In this document: positions 57,883-64,000 of the stretch, piece by piece
Numbering within the stretch: the stretch's first letter is position 1
Layout of the letters: each line of letters starts with the position of its first letter
Assembly (NCBI GenBank): GCA_041576165.1
Contig: JBFGLM010000001.1
Location: 96,001 to 160,000 of the forward strand
From: Acidimicrobiia bacterium
GTDB taxonomy: Bacteria > Actinomycetota > Acidimicrobiia > Spongiisociales > Spongiisociaceae
Length of the DNA: 64,000 bases
Reading direction: 5' to 3'
The notes under the pieces: generated by a model
Told to the model about the DNA's origin: nothing
The model's input: only the letters and a program-made list of their open reading frames with translations
The model's database searches: none
Translations under genes and position numbers: made by a program

Positions 57883-58529
57883 TGGCCGACGTCGTCCACG
57901 ATCCGTACGCAGAGAACGCGCTGGAGATCATGTTCCCCCCATCCGAAGGGGGCCATGCGCACGAGAGCACCGGCATCGACAACCGTAAGCTCGGAATGTG
58001 GGTGTTCCTGTCCTCGGAGTTCCTCTTCTTCGGTGCCCTGATCACCAACTACCTGCTTTTCAAAGGGCGTAACTTCGGCGCGAACACCCTGTACCCGGTC
58101 GAGCTGTACGACATTCCGTTCACGTCGATCAGCTCGTTCGTCCTGTTGATGAGCTCACTCACCATGGTTTTGGCTCACAGCGCCCTGGCCAGGGGCGACC
58201 AGCAGCAGACCCGCGTGTGGCTCATGGCAACCTCCCTGTTGGGTCTCGTCTTCATTTCGGGTCAGTTCTTCGAATTCACCGAGTTCATCCTCGAGGGTCT
58301 CAAACTGAACGTGAATCCGGCTGCGTCGGCGTTCTACATGCTCACGGGATTCCACGGCGCCCATGTCGTGATCGGAGTGCTGATGCTCCTCACCCTGTGG
58401 GGATTCTCAATGCGTCGCGGCGGGCTGTCCGAAGCAGAGGGCCTGAACCTCGAACTGGTGGGCCTGTATTGGCACTTTGTCGATATTGTGTGGATTGCCA
58501 TCTTCGTGATCGTGTATCTGATTCAGTAA
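57882..58529 (+). CDS. ctaE: Cytochrome c oxidase subunit III
   Basis: GMWVFLSSEFLFF, FYMLTGFHGAHV, LYWHFVDIVW; TGATG overlap. Confidence 0.95.
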   Translation: MADVVHDPYAENALEIMFPPSEGGHAHESTGIDNRKLGMWVFLSSEFLFFGALITNYLLFKGRNFGANTLYPVELYDIPFTSISSFVLLMSSLTMVLAHSALARGDQQQTRVWLMATSLLGLVFISGQFFEFTEFILEGLKLNVNPAASAFYMLTGFHGAHVVIGVLMLLTLWGFSMRRGGLSEAEGLNLELVGLYWHFVDIVWIAIFVIVYLIQ

Positions 58530-58538
58530 GGACGAACG

Positions 58539-58874
58539 ATGAGCGCCGAGGCCTCAACCCATAGCGAGCACCACGTTCACCACCCGCAGCCGAGCGAATA
58601 CATCAAGATTGCGGTGGTGCTGGCTGTCCTCACGGCGATGGAAGTTGCGCTGTTCTATCTCGAGGAGGGGGTGGATGCCATCGGCCAGTCGATCACGGTG
58701 CCGCTGCTTTTGATACTCAGTGCGCTCAAGTTTGTGATCGTTGTCGGCTGGTACATGCACCTGCGGTTCGAGAAGAGCTTCCTGACCCGGTTCTTTTCGA
58801 TCGGCGCGATTCTGGCGGTCGGCCTCTACTTCATCACGCTGGCTGCGCTCGGCGCAATCAGTATCTTCGGATAG
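58539..58874 (+). CDS. ctaF: Cytochrome c oxidase subunit IV
   Basis: 3 TM, LAVLTAMEV, KFVIVVGWYMHLRF. Confidence 0.88.
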   Translation: MSAEASTHSEHHVHHPQPSEYIKIAVVLAVLTAMEVALFYLEEGVDAIGQSITVPLLLILSALKFVIVVGWYMHLRFEKSFLTRFFSIGAILAVGLYFITLAALGAISIFG

Positions 58875-58880
58875 ACGGCG

Positions 58881-59771
58881 ATGGGCGTGTCCCCGGCCTC
58901 GCTCGCGGCGCCGGTGCCGACCCAAGCCCTCACCGGCCAGGCGTCATCGCTGGACGAGGCATTGACCTGGCATCCCCACGTGGACGTATGGCTGGTGCTA
59001 TTCGTCTTGGGCTTCGGCTATTGGTTTGCCGTCACCCGTCTCGCCCCGCGCAACCTCCCGAATGGTGATACCGCAGTCACCGGCGGTCAGGTGGCGTCGT
59101 TCGTCGCCGGGCTGGTGATGCTCTGGGTTGTGTCCGACTGGCCCATCCACGATCTAGCGGAGGACTCTTTGTTCCTGTTCCATATGCTGGAGCACGTGGT
59201 GTTGGTGCTGGTCGTGCCACCGCTGCTGCTGCAGGGAACACCAAAATGGCTGGCCCGGATGGTACTCGGGGGCCGGCGGGTTCTTCCGGTCGTGCGCCAG
59301 CTGGCCCGGCCCGTGCCCGCCTTCTTCATCTTCAACGTCCTCATGGTCGGTATTCACTGGCCATACGTCGTAGACCTCATGGTGCGTAATCCCCTCGCCC
59401 ATTTCGGCATCCACGCCGCCCTGTTCATCGCTGCGATCAACATGTGGCTACCGGTGTTCTCCCCACTGCCGGAGATACCCCGCATGTCCCCACCCCTGCG
59501 GATGTTGTACTTGTTCCTGTTGTCCCTCGGCCCGACCGTGCCGGCGTCCTTCCTGACGTTTGGTCGCGAGCCCATCTACGCGTGGTATCGCACGACGCCG
59601 AAACCATGGGGACTCGACGCGATCACGGATCAGACACTGGCCGGCCTGCTCATGAAGCTCGGGGGTGGGCTCATCCTGTGGGCGATCATCGTCGTCCTAT
59701 GGTTTCGCTGGTACGCCGACGAGCAACGTTGGGATGAGCTGGAAGCGGAGCTGCGCCGGACGCCGTCGTGA
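58881..59771 (+). CDS. ctaG: caa3-type cytochrome c oxidase assembly factor
   Basis: DWPIHDLAE..LFLFHMLEH, PPLLL.G.P, DQTLAGLLMK. Confidence 0.9.
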   Translation: MGVSPASLAAPVPTQALTGQASSLDEALTWHPHVDVWLVLFVLGFGYWFAVTRLAPRNLPNGDTAVTGGQVASFVAGLVMLWVVSDWPIHDLAEDSLFLFHMLEHVVLVLVVPPLLLQGTPKWLARMVLGGRRVLPVVRQLARPVPAFFIFNVLMVGIHWPYVVDLMVRNPLAHFGIHAALFIAAINMWLPVFSPLPEIPRMSPPLRMLYLFLLSLGPTVPASFLTFGREPIYAWYRTTPKPWGLDAITDQTLAGLLMKLGGGLILWAIIVVLWFRWYADEQRWDELEAELRRTPS

Positions 59772-60073
59772 GACGCGCGGTAGTGGAGATATCGATCTTC
59801 GTTCTGGTGGCCGCGTGCGGCTCCGGCAACGTCGTACGCGGCGTGGTGATCGACGTCACCGGAGACCTCGAGGGTGTCACGTCGTTCACACTGCGGGCCG
59901 ACGGGGGCGAAATCATCGAACTGGTGCCGGATCCAGACGGGGCGTTCGCGTTCCCACTGACTCATTTGCAGGAACACCGCCAGTCGCTGACACCGGTGGC
60001 CGTCACCTTCGAAGAGCGGGGTGGAGTCAAAGTCGCCGTTTCGATAGCCGACGCAGACGGTGACCAGCACTGA
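59768..60073 (+). CDS. Small hypothetical lipoprotein
   Basis: GTGA overlap with ctaG, lipobox LVAAC, beta-rich body, HLQEH. Confidence 0.7.
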   Translation: MRRAVVEISIFVLVAACGSGNVVRGVVIDVTGDLEGVTSFTLRADGGEIIELVPDPDGAFAFPLTHLQEHRQSLTPVAVTFEERGGVKVAVSIADADGDQH

Positions 60074-60118
60074 GACGGTGCGCAGCGCTGGAGCGGATAG
60101 GGTAGCGCCGGGGCGGAC

Positions 60119-61363
60119 TCAGCCGCCCGCTTGCTCACCCTCAGCCGGGGTTTCTCCTTCGGCGGGCGCTTCTCCTTCGGCGGGCGCTTCACCTTCGGCT
60201 GGCTGCTCTGCCACCGCCGGCTCGGTGTGCTCTTCCCCTTCTGCGTGGCCGTCGGCGCTCAACTGGGACGCTACGCCGGCGACGAGGATGAGCGCTACTC
60301 CCACGCCGGCGATGGCCAGGAGAAACTCGCCGCGAGAAATCCGCATGTTGGGCAGGCTCGCCATGAGGAAGGCAAACGTGAGAATGAGCAGCGAAACCAG
60401 CATGGCAATCAGCGGCGCGAATTCGTGGAACGTGACGAGCAAAGAGCCAAGTGGGATGACAAACCCGGCGATGGCGATGGCGGCAACCATCGGTATCATC
60501 AGCCCGGTGCTGATGCGCTGGCGAACCTCTTCCTCGTCCTCCTCGTGGTGGGCCGCCGGGATGCCGAGCACCTGCGTCATGGCCCCGGTGATCGCACCTA
60601 GCAGCGCCCCACCGAGCAGGATGACCACGAGCCCGGACCGCACGCTCAACAAGACACCCCCCGTGACGGACTCCTCGCCGGTTGCCACGAGGACGCCGCC
60701 TGCGACGAAGCCCAGCACCAAGCCGGTGATCGCACCCACGATCACCGCGCTCCGGGTCGTGCCCCGCAGGGCATAGCTGCGACTGGTATAGCTGGGAACC
60801 GCCCGGGCGGCCACAGCGATGATGGCGCCGAATATCGCCGACACAACTCCGATCGTCACCGTGGCGGCAGTTGGCGTCACGGCCACGGCTGCTTCGGGAG
60901 CCTCGCCGACGACATCGGCCCGACCGATGATCAGTGGACTGGAGAGCACCATCCCGATCAGCCCGAACACGGCGCCCAGCACCGCCCCTACCGCAGCACC
61001 GAAGCGAAGTCGCTCTCTGAGCGGGGCGGGCTCGACCTCCTCCTCGTCTTCCTCCACGACCAGCACGGCCGCCGCGGCCGGTGCAGCAGTGGCGGCCGGC
61101 ACCGATTCTTCTGCGACGGCGGGCGCCGGTTCCGCCTCGGCTGCCGGGGTCGGCTCGGCGGCTTCGGCTGGCTCAGGAGCAGGCGGCGCTTCCAATTCAG
61201 GCGACGTCGTACCGCCTCCGACCGCATCACCACCGGCCCATGCCGCCAGCACGTCGTCGACCGAGACGCCTTGCGCGCTGGCACGGGCCGCGGCTGATCG
61301 CATCACTAGTTCTTCGGGAGCGCCGGCCAGCTTTGCGGAGACGGCGGCAACCAAGTCAGACAT
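60119..61363 (-). CDS. Hypothetical multi-pass membrane protein with acidic Ala/Pro/Glu-rich linkers
   Basis: 414 aa, about 7 TM; TAATAT upstream of the ATG; C-terminal AEGEAP repeats. Confidence 0.8.
   Translation of the reverse strand: MSDLVAAVSAKLAGAPEELVMRSAAARASAQGVSVDDVLAAWAGGDAVGGGTTSPELEAPPAPEPAEAAEPTPAAEAEPAPAVAEESVPAATAAPAAAAVLVVEEDEEEVEPAPLRERLRFGAAVGAVLGAVFGLIGMVLSSPLIIGRADVVGEAPEAAVAVTPTAATVTIGVVSAIFGAIIAVAARAVPSYTSRSYALRGTTRSAVIVGAITGLVLGFVAGGVLVATGEESVTGGVLLSVRSGLVVILLGGALLGAITGAMTQVLGIPAAHHEEDEEEVRQRISTGLMIPMVAAIAIAGFVIPLGSLLVTFHEFAPLIAMLVSLLILTFAFLMASLPNMRISRGEFLLAIAGVGVALILVAGVASQLSADGHAEGEEHTEPAVAEQPAEGEAPAEGEAPAEGETPAEGEQAGG
60152..60205 (-). repeat. 18-bp tandem repeat (coding, PAEGEA)
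   Basis: TTCTCCTTCGGCGGGCGC x2 plus a degenerate copy. Confidence 0.7.
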
Positions 61364-61374
61364 CGGCGGCGATA

Positions 61375-61587
61375 TTAGTCCGAACCTGACCGGCGTCTGC
61401 CGTCACGGTCGCTATCCGCGTTATCCGGGTCGTCCGAGCCGGGCGGTGTGAGCTCCTGCTCATGCTCGGCCCGGCGGCGGGCGCGACGCTCTGCCCAACG
61501 AAGGGCCAGCACCGCCAGGCCGGCCGGCACGACGAACCACAAGATCTCGTCCCAACCGCCCTGATGCGCCAGCTGCCAATCAATCAT
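61375..61587 (-). CDS. Small single-TM protein (AHQGGWDE motif)
   Basis: 3' part of track ORF 61375..61953; ATG 61587; TACAAT upstream on the minus strand; one TM and a charged tail. Confidence 0.65.
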   Translation of the reverse strand: MIDWQLAHQGGWDEILWFVVPAGLAVLALRWAERRARRRAEHEQELTPPGSDDPDNADSDRDGRRRSGSD

Positions 61588-61858
61588 GTTCCATGCTCCG
61601 ATCACGCCATTGTACGGAGGGCGACGCCGAGCAGTGCTCCCGGCGAAAGTCGGTGAACCGCGGGTCCCTTTGGTTCCGTAGAATGATCGAGATGACGGAC
61701 TGTGTGGGCCGGCGGTCGAGCCCCGGACTGTCCGGTGCGGATAATCCCGACATTGACCGGCCGGCCTGAACGTTGCCGCGGTCGCAAACTGCAACGCGTG
61801 CCTCGACGCGTACCTCAAATAGCCACGTAACATTGGGCCCGAGACTGATTGAATTGAG

Positions 61859-62506
61859 ATGGAGACCCTTATCCGTAACCGAGCGGTGCTGCCAGTCCTC
61901 TCTCTCGCTTTCGTGCTGCTCGCCGCCGCGTGCGGTTCAGGGGACAAGGGCAACGTATATGAGGACCCCGATGAACGTGTCTTGTTCGAGCTACCCGACG
62001 GATGGAACGTCTACGAGCAGGACGAGCTGATGGGGCTGAGCGACGTCCCGTTCGCAACTGATACCTCTGATCTGCCCGTCATCTCGAGTGTTGCATTTGA
62101 CGGGGCACCCGGGCGCAGCGTCGACAACCTGGTGACGTCGATCGCCAGCGCCAACTACCCGATCGGCTCTCAGGTGATCCGGTCGGTGTCGTCCGACCAG
62201 CGTGACCTCCTATCCAGGTCGCTGCTCGAGGACACCGTCTTCTCGTACAACCGGCTGGAGTCTGCCCAAGAAATCGTCAACGAGGACTTCTCGTTCGGAA
62301 GCGATTATGACGGTATTCGGCGCTTTGTCGGCTTCGTCGACGGCACCACGTCGGAACAGGGAGCGATCTATTTCGTTTCGGTCACCGATCCGACCGATTC
62401 GACGATCTACACGATGGCCGCCGGATGCTCGGTGGCGTGCTTCCAGCAGTATCAGGCCGAGATCCAAGAGGTGGTTGACTCATGGCTGGTGAACACGAAC
62501 CAGTAG
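61859..62506 (+). CDS. Hypothetical lipoprotein
   Basis: Lipobox LAAAC, FELPDGWNVY, C-terminal CSVACF. Confidence 0.8.
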   Translation: METLIRNRAVLPVLSLAFVLLAAACGSGDKGNVYEDPDERVLFELPDGWNVYEQDELMGLSDVPFATDTSDLPVISSVAFDGAPGRSVDNLVTSIASANYPIGSQVIRSVSSDQRDLLSRSLLEDTVFSYNRLESAQEIVNEDFSFGSDYDGIRRFVGFVDGTTSEQGAIYFVSVTDPTDSTIYTMAAGCSVACFQQYQAEIQEVVDSWLVNTNQ

Positions 62507-64000
62507 AGCCCGAACCAGTAGAAGCCGAACCGGTAGAGGCCAAGACAATCCACAGGGGCACGGGCAACCAGGAGCCGCCGCCGCAACCACGCCGAAAGAG
62601 CCAGCCCTGGGATCGGTTGAAGATCCTCGTGCTGCTCGGCTTCTTCCTTGCGTTCATGCTCTCGGCGAAGATCAACGCTCCGTTCACGAGCTTCGAGGAA
62701 GCGCTGGCAGAGCTCTGGTACGAAACTATCGGCCGTGCCCTCATGATCGGCTTCGGGCTCGAGCTGTTGCGCCAGCTGCACTATCTGATCGCGGAACGTT
62801 CGGCGCGGTACTGGAAGTTCTGGCAGGAGGGCCTGTTCGGCGGCGTCGAGCGACAGGCCCAAAAGCGGCTCAGTCCCTGGACCCGCTTCAGGCTTGGCCG
62901 GTACGTGCGGATCATCATCGTCCTGTTGATCTTCGGAGCCATCGTCGACTATTTCGTCGACGGCGTGAGCGGCCCGGTAGAGGCGCTGATCCAGTCACCG
63001 CGGATCATCGCCCGCAACCTGCAGCAGTTCATCTTCTTCCTGTTTGCCCCGCTGTACCTCATCATCCAGTTCGGTGCGCTCTTCTGGTTCCTCTCCCGGG
63101 GTGGCGTCGACACGGTGATGCCCGAGGAGATCAAGACGCGCTACGGCGACGTCTGGGGCCAGGACCACGTGCTGGAGCTGGTCCGCGAGAACGTCGGCTT
63201 CCTCGAGAAACCGGACGAGATCGAAGCCAAGGGGGGCTACATCCCTGGCGGAATTCTGCTCTGGGGGCCTCCCGGCACTGGCAAGACCCTGATCGCCGAG
63301 GCCACGGCCGGCGAGGTGGGGGTGCCGTTCGTGTTCGTCGATCCGGGGGCATTCATCAACATGTTCTTCGGGGTCGGCATCCTGAAGGTCAAAGGCCTGT
63401 TCCGAAAGCTCCGCAAGATCTCATTGCGCCACGGCGGGGTGGTCGTGTTCTTCGACGAGGCCGATTCGCTCGGAAGTCGCGGCAATCTAGCCCAAGGCCA
63501 GTTCGGCCAACCCATGGACGAATTCAACACCACTATCGACGCCTGCCATGGGTTCTCCTACCTGTCGTCGAACAGCCAGCAGCTGATCATGCGCGACTTC
63601 CTCAGCAGAGCGGTGCCGGACCCCCAAGACTCCGGCGCCGGCCAGCCGCGCCGGATCATCATGGGCGGCGGCGGGGGTGGCGGCGGCATGGGCACACTCC
63701 AAGCTCTCCTCACCGAGATCTCGGGCCTCACCAAACCCCGGGGCCTATCGAACCGTCTCCGCAAGAGCCTGGGCATGAAGCCGAAGGCGCCGCCCAAGTA
63801 CCGCATCTTCATCATGATGGCGTCGAACATGCCCCAGGCTCTAGACGAGGCGCTGCTGCGGCCGGGGCGGATCGACCGGATCTACCGCGTCGGCTACCCC
63901 AGTCGGGAAGGACGCATCGCCACGCTCGAGGGCTATCTCGACAAGGTGGATCACGAGCTCACCCAGGAGCAAATCATCGATTTGGCGGTCAAGACGCCCT
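62482..64000 (+). CDS. FtsH-like membrane-anchored AAA+ ATPase (3' truncated; absent from the ORF track)
   Basis: ATG 62482 after GAGGTGG. The open frame gives N-terminal TMs, Walker A GPPGTGKT, Walker B VFFDEAD and SRH ASNMPQALDEALLRPGRIDR. Confidence 0.9.
   Translation, partial: MAGEHEPVEPEPVEAEPVEAKTIHRGTGNQEPPPQPRRKSQPWDRLKILVLLGFFLAFMLSAKINAPFTSFEEALAELWYETIGRALMIGFGLELLRQLHYLIAERSARYWKFWQEGLFGGVERQAQKRLSPWTRFRLGRYVRIIIVLLIFGAIVDYFVDGVSGPVEALIQSPRIIARNLQQFIFFLFAPLYLIIQFGALFWFLSRGGVDTVMPEEIKTRYGDVWGQDHVLELVRENVGFLEKPDEIEAKGGYIPGGILLWGPPGTGKTLIAEATAGEVGVPFVFVDPGAFINMFFGVGILKVKGLFRKLRKISLRHGGVVVFFDEADSLGSRGNLAQGQFGQPMDEFNTTIDACHGFSYLSSNSQQLIMRDFLSRAVPDPQDSGAGQPRRIIMGGGGGGGGMGTLQALLTEISGLTKPRGLSNRLRKSLGMKPKAPPKYRIFIMMASNMPQALDEALLRPGRIDRIYRVGYPSREGRIATLEGYLDKVDHELTQEQIIDLAVKTP
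62497..62541 (+). repeat. 15-bp tandem repeat x3 (coding EPVEP/EPVEA)
   Basis: GAACCAGTAGAGCCC / GAACCAGTAGAAGCC / GAACCGGTAGAGGCC. Confidence 0.75.

Noticed and set aside
60152-62541. Short tandem repeats as CRISPR or mobile-element ends
   Set aside because: The units are 15-18 bp, in frame, without spacers, and encode low-complexity linkers. No cas or transposase genes are present.

Overview
High-GC, gene-dense bacterial chromosome segment. It looks actinobacterial, most like Acidimicrobiia (inferred from mycothiol-dependent MDMPI, an F420-dependent LLM enzyme, SLH-domain proteins and many leaderless-type starts). About 67 CDS are supported. I saw no rRNA, tRNA, CRISPR array or mobile element. 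Positions 1-31 kb are mostly mixed housekeeping and accessory genes (orphan form II CoxL-like subunit, proA, oligopeptidase B, AlaX, NAD kinase, MscS, heme o synthase). Two loci stand out. (1) 18358-21076 is a translationally coupled three-gene operon: an Lgt-family protein, a small membrane protein with one Cys that the ORF track does not call on its own, and a radical SAM enzyme with the motif layout of tetraether synthase (Tes/GDGT-MAS). This is a candidate lipid or lipoprotein-anchor cross-linking system. (2) About 32.9-54.5 kb is a cell-envelope cluster with a stand-alone adenylation domain, two carrier proteins, two atypical acyl-CoA dehydrogenases and seven paralogous alpha/beta-hydrolases. 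Four of these have Cys at the nucleophile elbow and three have Arg, arranged as coupled pairs. The cluster also holds sulfotransferases, a GT4, an ABC-2 exporter, and SLH/SGNH/G8-like surface proteins, and is a candidate thiotemplated glycan-decoration pathway. The window ends with a caa3-type cytochrome c oxidase operon and a partial FtsH-like AAA+ protein. All family calls come from motifs recognised by eye; no searches were run.
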